The notes under the pieces: model-generated | The model's database searches: none | The model's input: the letters and a program-made list of their open reading frames with translations, nothing else | What the model was told of the DNA's origin: nothing | Shown here: positions 10,088-20,149 of the stretch, piece after piece | Position numbering within the stretch: the first letter of the stretch is position 1 | Layout: every line of letters begins with the position of its first letter | Source of the DNA: Tidjanibacter sp. | GTDB taxonomy: Bacteria > Bacteroidota > Bacteroidia > Bacteroidales > Rikenellaceae | DNA: 64,000 nt | Direction: 5' to 3' | NCBI GenBank assembly: GCA_045656405.1 | Contig: JAZORC010000002.1 | Span: 91,572-155,571, forward strand | Translations under genes and position numbers: made by a program

Positions 10088-10132
10088 AGAGTCTTAAAGT
10101 CCTTAAAGCCATCAAGGTCTTTATGGCCCTTA
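10088..10132 (+). repeat. Degenerate 9-mer array (AAGTCCTTA-like x5)
   Basis: AGAGTCTTA AAGTCCTTA AAGCCATCA AGGTCTTTA TGGCCCTTA. Confidence 0.75.
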
Positions 10133-10141
10133 ATGCCAATT

Positions 10142-12160
10142 CTACAAGATCTCTTTAACCTCGGCAGCAACGGTTACACCATTGAAGCCAAATTTCTCGT
10201 CGAGAACCTTGTAGGGAGCCGAGTAGCCGAAGTGATCCACGCCGTGAATCTTACCTCCCACGCCCACAAGACCTTCGAGGGTTACGGGCAGACCTGCGGT
10301 CATACCATAGCGGGGCAGGCCCTCGGGAAGTACCGAGCGCTGGTAGTCAACACTCTGGTCGCGGAACAAACCCTCGCTGGGAACGCTCACAATGCGCACA
10401 TCAATACCCTCTGCTTTAAGCAGTTCGGCGCCCTCTACGAGGGTGGAAACCTCACTACCGCTGGCAATCAGAACCGCCTTTGCATTGGGACTGTCACACA
10501 CAACGTAGCCACCCTTGCGCAAGCCCTCGGCCTCCTCGCGGCGGTTGCCCTCGGCGGGTAGGTCTTTGACATTCTGGCGCGAGGTGATGAGTGCCACGGG
10601 CCTCTCCTCCTCCATTGCCAACTTCCAAGCCTCCACGGTCTCGGCACCATCGGCGGGACGGAGTACAACCATACTGCGCTCGCCATTGTGATTTTTCAGG
10701 TGCTCCAAAAGGCGGATTTGCATCTCGTGCTCAATGGGCTGGTGGGTGGGGCCATCCTCACCTACGCGGAACGAGTCGTGGCTCCAAATATATACAACGT
10801 GGATGCGCATCAGGGCTGCAAGCCTTACTGCGGGTTTCATATAGTCCGAGAATACAAAGAAGGTACCACACGCGGGAATGATACCACCGTGGAGTGCCAT
10901 ACCATTCATAATACAAGCCATCGTGAGCTCCGAAACACCAGCCTGGAAGAACCTACCACTCCAATCACCCTTTGCGAAAGGTTTGGTCTTTTTGAGGAAG
11001 CCGTCGGTCTTGTCCGAGTTGCTCAAATCGGCCGATGCAACTACCATATTCTCAACCTGTTCTGCGTATGCACCAAGCACGGTTGCCGAGGCGTTGCGGG
11101 TTGCGGCACCTGCTGCAATCTCAATCTTCGAGTAGTCTATTTCAGGGGTCTTGCCACTTAAAAAGAGGTCGAGTTTCGAGGCGAGTTCGGGATTCTCCTC
11201 CCTCCATTTCCTCTCCACCTCTTTTCGCTCTGCTGCCCAAGTGCGCAACTCCTCACGACGAGCATCGTAGAGAGCCTTCACTTCGGGGAAAATCACAAAG
11301 GGATTCTCGCTGTCGCCACCCAAATTCTGGATGGTGCGTGCAGGGTCGGCACCCGCAGCCGAGATGGGCTGACCGTGGGTGGAAATCTTGTTCTCGAAGC
11401 TTCCACCATTGGCATCCATCGCGCCCAAACCCATAAGAGTTTTACCAATAATTAATGTGGGGCGCTCACCCTCTTTGAGAGCCTCTTTGAGAGCTTCTCG
11501 AATGCTGTCGGCCGAGTTGCCATTGCACTCCAAAACGTTCCAATTCCAAGCCCTGTATTTGGCTGCAACATCTTCGCTATCAACATCTTCAACGGTGGTT
11601 GAGAGCTGGATGTTATTAGCATCGTAGAACATAATCATATTGGACAAACCGAGGTGGCCCGCAATGCGACCAACACCTTGCGAAATCTCCTCCTCGACAG
11701 CACCGTCGGAGATATAAACATAGGTTTTGTGTGCGGTCCATTCGCCAAAGCGAGTAGCCAAGAAACGCTCTGCCATAGCAGCGCCAACGGCCATTGCGTG
11801 ACCCTGTCCAAGGGGACCCGAAGTGTTCTCAATGGCGTGCGAAAGGTCCCTCTCGGGGTGGCCAGGAGTTACGCTTCCCCACTGGCGGAAAACTTTCAAA
11901 TCCTCAATGTTCATAATACCTGCCAGAGCAAGTACGCTATAGAGCATAGGCGACATATGGCCGGGGTCGAGGAAGAGTCGGTCACGGAAGGGGTAGGCGT
12001 AGTTGTCGGGGTCGTAGCGGAGGAACTCCGAGTAGAGCACATTGATGAAGTCTGCGCCACCCATCGCACCACCAGGGTGTCCCGATTTGGCTTTCTCTAC
12101 CATTGAGAGTGCAAGGATGCGGATGTTGTCTGCTGCCCTGCGTGTAACTTGGTTGTTCAT
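10142..12160 (-). CDS. tkt: Transketolase
   Basis: SGHPGGAMG, TPGHPE, SGPLGQG, ThDP motif SDG...DAN, GEDGPTHQP. Confidence 0.97.
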   Translation of the reverse strand: MNNQVTRRAADNIRILALSMVEKAKSGHPGGAMGGADFINVLYSEFLRYDPDNYAYPFRDRLFLDPGHMSPMLYSVLALAGIMNIEDLKVFRQWGSVTPGHPERDLSHAIENTSGPLGQGHAMAVGAAMAERFLATRFGEWTAHKTYVYISDGAVEEEISQGVGRIAGHLGLSNMIMFYDANNIQLSTTVEDVDSEDVAAKYRAWNWNVLECNGNSADSIREALKEALKEGERPTLIIGKTLMGLGAMDANGGSFENKISTHGQPISAAGADPARTIQNLGGDSENPFVIFPEVKALYDARREELRTWAAERKEVERKWREENPELASKLDLFLSGKTPEIDYSKIEIAAGAATRNASATVLGAYAEQVENMVVASADLSNSDKTDGFLKKTKPFAKGDWSGRFFQAGVSELTMACIMNGMALHGGIIPACGTFFVFSDYMKPAVRLAALMRIHVVYIWSHDSFRVGEDGPTHQPIEHEMQIRLLEHLKNHNGERSMVVLRPADGAETVEAWKLAMEEERPVALITSRQNVKDLPAEGNRREEAEGLRKGGYVVCDSPNAKAVLIASGSEVSTLVEGAELLKAEGIDVRIVSVPSEGLFRDQSVDYQRSVLPEGLPRYGMTAGLPVTLEGLVGVGGKIHGVDHFGYSAPYKVLDEKFGFNGVTVAAEVKEIL

Positions 12161-12216
12161 AGGTCTTTGTGATTTTGAGTTATGTTTTATTTCTATTGTC
12201 TTTTCGAATCAATCCA

Positions 12217-12224
12217 CAAATATA
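12217..12224 (-). promoter_or_regulatory. -7 element (TATATTTG) of tkt
   Basis: TAnnTTTG match upstream of the tkt start. Confidence 0.7.
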
Positions 12225-12232
12225 ACTAATAA

Positions 12233-12266
12233 AATTGAGAATTGAAAATTGAGAATTGAAAATTGG
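12233..12266 (+). repeat. AATTGAR heptamer array (4 copies plus partial)
   Basis: AATTGAG AATTGAA AATTGAG AATTGAA AATTGG. Confidence 0.93.
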
Positions 12267-12575
12267 GGGGAGAGAGTTTGGGGTGTTGTCAATGTGGAGG
12301 TTTGAAATGGCTTATGAGGCCCTGTTTGTGTGATTTTGTTTGCACTTTGTGTTCTTGATAAAAAACTCCATCGTGATACCTGCTGAAATATAGGCAAAAA
12401 GCCTAATGGAGGCAGTGTGGGAGAAAAATATTTTTGTGGAATAGTTGGAAATTTCATATAGAATAACTATCTTTACAAAATAAAATGTGTCGTTTTTCGA
12501 CACAGAAATGGCGCTCCTTGATGGTAAGTGTTTGAGTACGTCATCGTTACGCGCGTTGTGCGCGTGGGGGTGATA

Positions 12576-12583
12576 TATCTTTG
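12576..12583 (+). promoter_or_regulatory. Candidate -7 element (TATCTTTG) of the susC operon
   Basis: TAnnTTTG match; an alternative match TATTTTTG lies at 12429-12436. Confidence 0.5.
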
Positions 12584-12778
12584 AGGTTCGTTGTGCCCGC
12601 CTGCGTGTGGGCGTGCGAGAGGCCCAAAGGGGGTGCAAGTGTGGAAATGATGACAAAATGTTGAAAAAAAGTCGGCAGAGAGTCCGAAGAGGGTTTTGGG
12701 CCGACCAAGATGGATAAGATAAAACTAAACAAACTACAAAAACTTAATTATTAACAACACAAACTAAAAATTAATCGT

Positions 12779-15778
12779 ATGAGAAAAATTGTACTATCAA
12801 TTTTTGCAACTTTGTTGTTCTGCGTTAGCGTAGTGGCACAAAGTCAGCGAATTACCGGTACGGTTGTGGACGGTGACGGTTATCCCGTTATTGGTGCGAC
12901 TGTTTCGGTAGTCGGTACAACAAATGCAACCATCACTGGTATCAGCGGTGAGTACGAGATTAATGCAGCCAAAGGTGCAACTTTGGAGTTCTCGTATGTA
13001 GGTTTGGCAACTCAACTTATTGCAGTGAGTGGTCGTACTACCATTGATGTTGTGATGCAGGCCGATGCAACACAGATTCAGGAAGTGGAGATTGTTGCGG
13101 GTTACGGTTCGGCGGTTGCTGCTAAATCACTTGTAGGTTCGGTTTCGAGCGTTAAGGGTGATAAGATGGCGAACACCCCCGTTGCCAACGTGGCTGACGT
13201 ATTGCAGGGTAAGATGCCTGGCTTGCAGATTTTTGCAGAGTCTGGTGAGCCTACCGCAGGCTCGATTATGAGGATGCGTGGTACCTCTTCGTTCAACGCA
13301 AGTAGCTCGCCTCTTGTAGTGCTCGATGGTACTCCCGTAGATGCAAGCATCCTTAACAACATCAACTCGAACGATATCCAGAACGTGGTACTTCTGAAAG
13401 ATGCTGCTTCGACCTCTATCTACGGTTCGCGTGCTGCCAATGGCGTTTTGTATGTGACCACCAAGAAGGGTGTTGCTGCTAAATCGACCGTTCAGATTGG
13501 TTACAAACGTGGTTTCTCGACCATCATTGAGAACTCTTCGTTTGAGCTGATGAACTCTGTTGAGCAGATGTACTTCGAGGAGTTGCTCTATCCCCAGTTG
13601 ACCTACAAGGGCCCCAAAGCAGAGGAGTGGCTCGCAAAGAAGAGGTGGGTGGCAGATGCTAACTTCAACTTCGATTGGAAGGGCTATGCATACCAGAACG
13701 ATGCTCCCGTGGAGGGCGTAGACGTTGCTGTTACTGGTTCGGCACCTGGTCTTAACTACTACATTTCGGCTGGTTACTTGAATACCGAGGGTATTGCTCC
13801 TCGTTCTGGTAACACCCGTTACACCTTCCGTACCAACGTAGATTCGCAGGTGAAACCCTGGTTGAAGATGGGTGCAAACATCGGTTTGTCCTACTCGGAG
13901 TACCAGATTTCGAGCACTGGTTGGACAACCAACTCGGTTGACGGTTTGGTTTATGGTCAGGCTCCCTACAATGCTCCCTATGAGATTCTCTTCAACGAGG
14001 ACGGTAGCTACGCAGGTTTGGGTGAGGAGTTGGATTATTTCAGCGCAGAGCACGGTTTTGCTACCGAGTTCTACAACCCCTACTACTACTATGAGAAATT
14101 CCCCTCGCAGAGCAATAGCATTTCGCTCAATGGTATCATCTATGAGGAGATTAAACCCTTCGAGGGCTTCATCTTGAAAGCTGTTCAGGCTATTGATGCT
14201 TCCGAGGGCCGTGGTTCGGCTTGGAGGATGCCTTCCTACAAACCTACCATTGGTAATGGTATCCGTCAGGAGAGCTTCTCGCGCTACTATCAGCTCACTG
14301 CTACCAATACCGCAGAGTACAAGGTAGACATCGACGACCTCCACCACTGGACACTGCTTGCAGGTCAGGAGTCGATTATTGCAACTTCGGATAGCTTTGG
14401 TGTGGGTATCGAGGGCTTGACCGATGACCGTTTGACTATGATGACCGCAGGTTTGGCAGAGACTACCTATTTGACCAGCCACTCGAAAGCTGATCAGGTA
14501 TTCAACTCGTTCTTCGGTCGTGCATCGTACAACTACGATGGTAAATACCACTTCGACGCTTCGATTCGTGCCGATGGTTCTTCGAAGTTTGCTCCCGAGA
14601 ATCGTTGGGGTACCTTCTGGTCGGTAGGTGCGATGTGGAATGTGAAGAGTGAGGAGTTTATGCTTGCATACGACTACATCAACGATATGCGATTGAGGGT
14701 TTCGTATGGTACCACCGGTAACTCGGGTATCAGCAACTACCTCTACTATGGTTTGATTGGCTCTGGTTTGCAGTACAATGGTCAGACCGGTATTGGTATC
14801 GCTTCGCCTTCGAATGAGGGTCTTACCTGGGAGGTTATGAAGACCTTCAACCTTGGTTTGTCGATGCGTATGTTCAACCGAGCAAATATTGATATTGAGC
14901 TCTACGACCGTGTTACCGACGATATGTTGATGGAGATTCCCTACTCGGCAACTACCGGTTTCTCGGCAGGTTGGGGTAACGTAGGTAAGATGCGTAACCG
15001 CGGTTTCGAGGCACAGTTCAGCTATGACCTCGTACAGGCACGCAATATGTTGTGGACCGTTTATGGTCAGATTTCGTACAACGACAACGAGATTCTCGCC
15101 CTCTATGGTGACACCGTAGACTTCGTGGATGGTTCGACTGGTTTGCGCTATGCAGTAGGTCACTCCTATGGTGAGTTTAGCGGTACTTTGTTTGCTGGTG
15201 TAGATCCTCGTGATGGTGCGCCTATGTGGTATGACAAGAATATGAACAAGACCAAAGTCTACTCGGATGCCAACGAGCACTGGTATGACAAGAGCTACAT
15301 TGCTGACTGGTCGGGTGGTTTTGGTACTTCGTTGATGTGGGGTAACCTCCAAGTTAGTGCCGATTTCAGCTGGACTGGTGAGCGTTGGATGTGGCTCAAT
15401 GAGAAGTTCTACACTGCCAACCTTAACTTCGGTACAGTAGGTGGTACTCGTTATGAGAAACGTATGTTGAATATGTGGCAGCAGCCTGGTGATGTTACCG
15501 ACATTCCTCGTGCAAACACCACCTTCCAGTTCGACGACACTGCTTACTCGAATGCGGCATTCTTGCGCTTGAAGAACGTGACCGTAGCTTACAACATCCC
15601 CGGAAACATCTTCGGTCACAACTCTTTCATACAGGGTATTAGGGTTTACGCAATTGGCCGAAACCTCTGGACCTTGACTGACTATCTCGGTTTCGACCCC
15701 GAGCACTTTGGCAACGGTTCGCAGGGTACCTACCCCGGAACTCGTCAGTACACTGCTGGTGTTGAACTTACCTTCTAA
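12779..15778 (+). CDS. SusC/RagA family TonB-dependent receptor
   Basis: Signal peptide, CarboxypepD-like N-domain, GSVSSV, plug motif LKDAASTSIYGSRAANGV, C-terminal YPGTRQYTAGVELTF. Confidence 0.95.
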   Translation: MRKIVLSIFATLLFCVSVVAQSQRITGTVVDGDGYPVIGATVSVVGTTNATITGISGEYEINAAKGATLEFSYVGLATQLIAVSGRTTIDVVMQADATQIQEVEIVAGYGSAVAAKSLVGSVSSVKGDKMANTPVANVADVLQGKMPGLQIFAESGEPTAGSIMRMRGTSSFNASSSPLVVLDGTPVDASILNNINSNDIQNVVLLKDAASTSIYGSRAANGVLYVTTKKGVAAKSTVQIGYKRGFSTIIENSSFELMNSVEQMYFEELLYPQLTYKGPKAEEWLAKKRWVADANFNFDWKGYAYQNDAPVEGVDVAVTGSAPGLNYYISAGYLNTEGIAPRSGNTRYTFRTNVDSQVKPWLKMGANIGLSYSEYQISSTGWTTNSVDGLVYGQAPYNAPYEILFNEDGSYAGLGEELDYFSAEHGFATEFYNPYYYYEKFPSQSNSISLNGIIYEEIKPFEGFILKAVQAIDASEGRGSAWRMPSYKPTIGNGIRQESFSRYYQLTATNTAEYKVDIDDLHHWTLLAGQESIIATSDSFGVGIEGLTDDRLTMMTAGLAETTYLTSHSKADQVFNSFFGRASYNYDGKYHFDASIRADGSSKFAPENRWGTFWSVGAMWNVKSEEFMLAYDYINDMRLRVSYGTTGNSGISNYLYYGLIGSGLQYNGQTGIGIASPSNEGLTWEVMKTFNLGLSMRMFNRANIDIELYDRVTDDMLMEIPYSATTGFSAGWGNVGKMRNRGFEAQFSYDLVQARNMLWTVYGQISYNDNEILALYGDTVDFVDGSTGLRYAVGHSYGEFSGTLFAGVDPRDGAPMWYDKNMNKTKVYSDANEHWYDKSYIADWSGGFGTSLMWGNLQVSADFSWTGERWMWLNEKFYTANLNFGTVGGTRYEKRMLNMWQQPGDVTDIPRANTTFQFDDTAYSNAAFLRLKNVTVAYNIPGNIFGHNSFIQGIRVYAIGRNLWTLTDYLGFDPEHFGNGSQGTYPGTRQYTAGVELTF

Positions 15779-15796
15779 ACCTCTTAAAATTGTGAT

Positions 15797-17338
15797 ATGA
15801 CTATGAAAAAGATTATATTTATTGCAATTAGCGCACTTACAGCTCTGTTTGTATCGTGCGATATGAATAAGTTGCCCTACTCCTCGATTGACGAGAGCCA
15901 GGGTATTCAGTCGATGAGCGATGCAGACCAGTTGCGCGTCTCGATTTACTCGCCCACCAAAGGTATGTTCGGTGGTGGTCGTTGGGATATTGAGGATATG
16001 CGTGGTGGTATGTTCAACGCGATGGCCGACTTTGGTAACTACTATGGTCTGTTCTATGCTTGGGATATGCAGACCAACGACTCCGATGTTGAGAGCATTT
16101 GGTATGCCGATTATAGCCTCATTGCAAGTATGAACTATGCAATTGGCGCATACACCAATCTGCTCAAAAACGGAACCGATGCTATTACAGGTAAGGCTCT
16201 TACCGATGATGAGAAGGATGCTTTGGAACTCTACATTGCAGAGGCTTATATGACTCGTATTATGGCTTACTGGGATTTGGTTACCAAGTTCTGCGTGGCT
16301 TACGATGCCGAGACCGCTGCTAACGAGTATGGTCTTCCTCTTGTGAGCGAGTATGCACCCACCTCGGATAACACCAAATATCCTGGTCGTAGCAGCCTCG
16401 AAGAGACCTACCAATTCATTCTTTCCGACCTCGAAAAGGCAAGTGAAATCACCACCAAAGGTGAGGCAAATAGCAAATATTGGACTATTGATGCTGTGAA
16501 CGCTATGCGCGCGCGTGTATTACTTAATATGAAGGACTACGCTAACGCAGCCGACGTTGCACTCGAAGTTATCAATACCAACAACTATGCACTTGCAGTT
16601 GGCGAGGATGGTCAGAAAGGTTTGTGGGAGAAAGACACCTCTTCGGAGCTTATCTTTGTGTCGGCTTGCAACTTGAATGATACTCCTACCTCGACCGGTT
16701 CGTTGTATATCTACGACAACGAGGTTGGTGATGGTTCGACTCCCGACCCCCAGTATATCCCCAGCAAGACTCTCTTGGATCTCTACAACAAAGAGTTTGA
16801 TGCTCGCTACTCCATCTACTATGCAACTCGCAAAGTGAATGTTGAGGGTGCTGGTGAGGGCAATTTGGAGCTCTTCTATAAGTTCCAGGGTAACCCCGCG
16901 TTGCGCACCAGTGACAAGCTCAACTATATGAATGCAGGTAAGCCTTTCCGTATTGCAGAGATGTACCTCACCTTGGCAGAGTGCTACGCTGCTTTGACCG
17001 ACTACGCAAATGCGGCTAAATGGGTGAATTTGTTGCGTGTTTCGCGTATTGATAGCGAGGGCAACCCCAACCTTCCTGCAACTGCTGGTATCTACAACAG
17101 CATCAAGGAGGAGTGGAACCGTGAGTATGTTGGCGAGGGCTTCCGTATGATCAATATGAAACGTTGGGGCGATACTGTTATTCGCGGTACTTCGCAGAGC
17201 TCGGCTATGACCAAGGGTGGTGAAAAGTACGATGGTTTGGTAAGGGATATTACCGACAGCCGTTGCATCTTGCCTATTCCCAAGACCGAGATTGACTCGA
17301 ATCCCCAGATTAAGAACCAGCAGAACCCTGGTTACTAA
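15797..17338 (+). CDS. SusD/RagB family lipoprotein
   Basis: Lipobox FVS-C; FRIAEMYLTLAE, EWNREYVGEGFRMINMKRW, LPIPKTEI..NP. Confidence 0.93.
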   Translation: MTMKKIIFIAISALTALFVSCDMNKLPYSSIDESQGIQSMSDADQLRVSIYSPTKGMFGGGRWDIEDMRGGMFNAMADFGNYYGLFYAWDMQTNDSDVESIWYADYSLIASMNYAIGAYTNLLKNGTDAITGKALTDDEKDALELYIAEAYMTRIMAYWDLVTKFCVAYDAETAANEYGLPLVSEYAPTSDNTKYPGRSSLEETYQFILSDLEKASEITTKGEANSKYWTIDAVNAMRARVLLNMKDYANAADVALEVINTNNYALAVGEDGQKGLWEKDTSSELIFVSACNLNDTPTSTGSLYIYDNEVGDGSTPDPQYIPSKTLLDLYNKEFDARYSIYYATRKVNVEGAGEGNLELFYKFQGNPALRTSDKLNYMNAGKPFRIAEMYLTLAECYAALTDYANAAKWVNLLRVSRIDSEGNPNLPATAGIYNSIKEEWNREYVGEGFRMINMKRWGDTVIRGTSQSSAMTKGGEKYDGLVRDITDSRCILPIPKTEIDSNPQIKNQQNPGY

Positions 17339-17373
17339 TAGATTGTGTAATCTGCTAAAAACTGAATAAGACT

Positions 17374-18513
17374 ATGAAATACATTAAATATTTAGTAGCC
17401 GTTCTGCTCTTCGGTGCTACCATTACTTCGTGTGGCTCACAGGAGTCCACAGGTACTGTTGGCCAGACCACAGTGCAGTTCAAGGAGACAGAAGTTAAGA
17501 GCGGTATCGGTGGTGGTTATGTATATGTACCCATCTCGATCTTCGGTGCCAATGCCGATGCTATGAATACCGCAGATGTTACCCTCTCGGTGAAGGTAGA
17601 TAATACCTACACCAGCAGCGAGGATAAGGTTTACATCGCAAAAGAGGACCTCACTGGTGCTCCCGATGAGAATGGCAATATGGGTGACATCCGTATTACC
17701 TCCTACGATATGGTGTTTGTGAACAACTACGTTATCGCAGATGAGGATAAGAACAAACCTTTTACAAAGGATATCGCTGTTGAGATTATGATTCTCAACA
17801 CCGAGCCCGAGATTATGGAGTTCAAGCTCGTTATCGACCAGTCGAACACCTCTATCGGTGCTGTGAAAGAGTGTATTGTACGTTTGGAGAAGGGTCCCGC
17901 AGACCGTTTGTGCGGCGAGTGGTGGGCTAACTTCGATAGCACTATCGATATTCTTGGTGGTTCTCCCGACTACACTGGCTCGTGGAAGACTGCAATGACC
18001 TTCGATATGGCTTCGAATATGCTTATGTTCTCGGATCCTGTGATGGGCTTGCCTTTCCTCTTCAACTTCAACAATAGCACAAACGCTCTTACCTATCCTA
18101 CCTTTGAGGTGGTTGCTGCATACGATGCAAGTGCTATGCAGTACATCTGCCAGTGGGCATTCGTTATTCAGGATGGTTACTTCACCCTTCCCAAAGAGAA
18201 GGAGTTTGCTTGCGAGTACGACAATGTGAACTACACCTACATCAAGAGTGAGTTGCTCAAAGAGTGGGGTACCGGTCACGCTGTATTGGTTCTCGACGCA
18301 GGTGGTAACATTTCGAGCATTCTCGGCTTCTTCCACAATGAGGCTATCGTTGGTTTGAACCTCACCCGTACCAAACCCGCAGGTAAGGCTCCCGCGTTGG
18401 CTCCTTCGAAGGAGTATGCACAGCCCGAGTACTTCACCGAGATTACCAAAGAGCAGAGCGATGCACTCTTGAAAGAGATTCTCGCAAAGCGTGGTACTCT
18501 CAAAGTTCTCTAA
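17374..18513 (+). CDS. Hypothetical surface lipoprotein, third gene of susCD operon
   Basis: Lipobox ITS-C; beta-rich N-terminal region; follows susD, followed by a terminator. Confidence 0.75.
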   Translation: MKYIKYLVAVLLFGATITSCGSQESTGTVGQTTVQFKETEVKSGIGGGYVYVPISIFGANADAMNTADVTLSVKVDNTYTSSEDKVYIAKEDLTGAPDENGNMGDIRITSYDMVFVNNYVIADEDKNKPFTKDIAVEIMILNTEPEIMEFKLVIDQSNTSIGAVKECIVRLEKGPADRLCGEWWANFDSTIDILGGSPDYTGSWKTAMTFDMASNMLMFSDPVMGLPFLFNFNNSTNALTYPTFEVVAAYDASAMQYICQWAFVIQDGYFTLPKEKEFACEYDNVNYTYIKSELLKEWGTGHAVLVLDAGGNISSILGFFHNEAIVGLNLTRTKPAGKAPALAPSKEYAQPEYFTEITKEQSDALLKEILAKRGTLKVL

Positions 18514-18544
18514 TCGCTATCTAAATCCCTTGTGGGATTCTATG

Positions 18545-18577
18545 GAGCCGAGGCACTTTTGCGCCTCGGCTCTTTTT
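18545..18577 (+). terminator. Intrinsic terminator of the susCD operon
   Basis: GAGCCGAGGC-N8-GCCTCGGCTC then TTTTT. Confidence 0.85.
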
Positions 18578-18664
18578 CTTTCCTCCCAAGAGGTGGCGCA
18601 ATGCCAAGGGGGTAATTAATTGCTTTTTTTGTGCTTGGAGAGTTGCTAATTGGCAGAAAATTAT

Positions 18665-18672
18665 TACCTTTG
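18665..18672 (+). promoter_or_regulatory. -7 element (TACCTTTG) of tig
   Basis: TAnnTTTG match 60 nt upstream of the ATG. Confidence 0.7.
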
Positions 18673-18732
18673 CATCCCGCAATTTATGCGCAAAGAAGGA
18701 GAGAAATCAGAATCAAAATATAAATAACAACT

Positions 18733-20064
18733 ATGAACATTATCAAAGAGGCTCGCGAGAATCAAACCGCGATTATCAAAATCACCGTTTCGGAGGCTGA
18801 CTATGCAGCAGAGGTGGACAAAAAACTCCGTGAGTACAAACGTAAAGCAAACATTCCTGGCTTCCGCCCTGGTATGGTGCCTATGGGTATCATCAACAAG
18901 ATGTACCGCAAAGGCGTAGTTGCCGAGACCGCCTATAAGATGGCTTCGGACAACTGCTTTGCATACATCGAGAAAGAGGGTATCGACTATATGGGCGATG
19001 TTATGCCCAGCGACGAGCAGGGTGCTTTCGACTTCGACAACAACACCGACCACGAGTTCATCTTCGAGGTAGGTTTGGCCCCCGTTGTTGATTTGGAGCT
19101 CACCGAGAAAGACAAAGTTACCCGCTACAAAATCAAAGTTGACGAGGAGATGCGCTCGGGCTACCGTAGCCAGTTCCTCCGCACCTATGGCCGCTTGGTT
19201 GATGTAGATGTTGTGGAGAAGGACGAGGCTGTTATGTGCACCCTCGACAATGGCGAGATTAAGACCGAGGATGCATACGTTGGCCTTATCAGTATGACCG
19301 ACGAGGAGCGCAAACCCTACATCGGTAAGAAGGTTGGCGACCAGATGATTGTGAATGTAAATGAGCTCTACAAGAGCGAGCAGCAGAGGGCTTCGGTTCT
19401 TGGTCTTAAAGAGAACGAGCTCGCAAGCATCAACCCCGAGTTCAACCTCACCATCACCAAAATCCGCAAATATGCCGACCCCGAGATGAACGAGGAGTTC
19501 TTCAAGATGGCTTTCCCCGCAGGTGACGTTACCACCGAGGAGCAGTTCGAGAAGATGATTGATAAGAAGATTGAGGAGGAGCTCAAAAAGGAGAGCGACT
19601 ACGTCTTCACCCAGACCTTGCGCGAGTACCTCTTGGAGAAAGCAGCTCTCACCCTCCCCGAGGACTTCCTCAAACGCTGGCTCTTGGCTATCAACGAGGG
19701 TAAGTTCACTATGGAGGAGATAGAGAAAGACTTCGCACCCTTCGCAGAGATGATGAGCTGGACCGCAATCCTCAAATTCTTCGCAAAGAAACTCTCCGTA
19801 GAGGTTAAACCCGAGGATATGGAGGCCGAGGCAAAGGCTTATGCAGCAGCACAGTTTGCACAGTATGGTATGATGAACGTGGCAGACGAGATGCTCACCA
19901 ACTACGCACAGCAGATTCTCTCGAACAAAGAGGAGTCCAACAAACTCATCGAGAAGGTCTATGAGGCAAAGGTTGTAGAGGCTGTTACTCCTTTGGTTAA
20001 GGTTTCCAATAAGAGTGTGACCATTGCAGAGCTTAACAAAATCCTCGCTAAAAAAGCAAAATAG
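18733..20064 (+). CDS. tig: Trigger factor
   Basis: Ribosome-binding signature ANIPGFRPG; Bacteroidota-type sequence; upstream of clpP-clpX. Confidence 0.93.
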   Translation: MNIIKEARENQTAIIKITVSEADYAAEVDKKLREYKRKANIPGFRPGMVPMGIINKMYRKGVVAETAYKMASDNCFAYIEKEGIDYMGDVMPSDEQGAFDFDNNTDHEFIFEVGLAPVVDLELTEKDKVTRYKIKVDEEMRSGYRSQFLRTYGRLVDVDVVEKDEAVMCTLDNGEIKTEDAYVGLISMTDEERKPYIGKKVGDQMIVNVNELYKSEQQRASVLGLKENELASINPEFNLTITKIRKYADPEMNEEFFKMAFPAGDVTTEEQFEKMIDKKIEEELKKESDYVFTQTLREYLLEKAALTLPEDFLKRWLLAINEGKFTMEEIEKDFAPFAEMMSWTAILKFFAKKLSVEVKPEDMEAEAKAYAAAQFAQYGMMNVADEMLTNYAQQILSNKEESNKLIEKVYEAKVVEAVTPLVKVSNKSVTIAELNKILAKKAK

Positions 20065-20075
20065 AAGGTAATTTC

Positions 20076-20149
20076 TTCGTTACGCTTGAAGGCGGCTTCC
20101 TCATTTACGATAAGTAAACTGCGGAGCCGCCTTCTTCGCAAGCCTTGAA
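20076..20149. repeat. Dispersed hairpin element, copy 1 (core TCCTCATTTACG-N4-GTAAACTGCGG)
   Basis: Core, flanks and spacing shared with 58727-58801. Confidence 0.8.

Noticed and set aside
12160-12779. Invertible (phase-variable) promoter before susC
   Set aside because: No long inverted repeats bracketing the promoter were found and no recombinase is in the window.
13127-16414. Very long antisense ORFs (also 303-1955, 21234-22547, 39766-41760, 56496-58769, 59297-61693)
   Set aside because: They are codon-aligned to real genes and explained by avoidance of TTA/CTA/TCA; the translations show no recognisable motifs.
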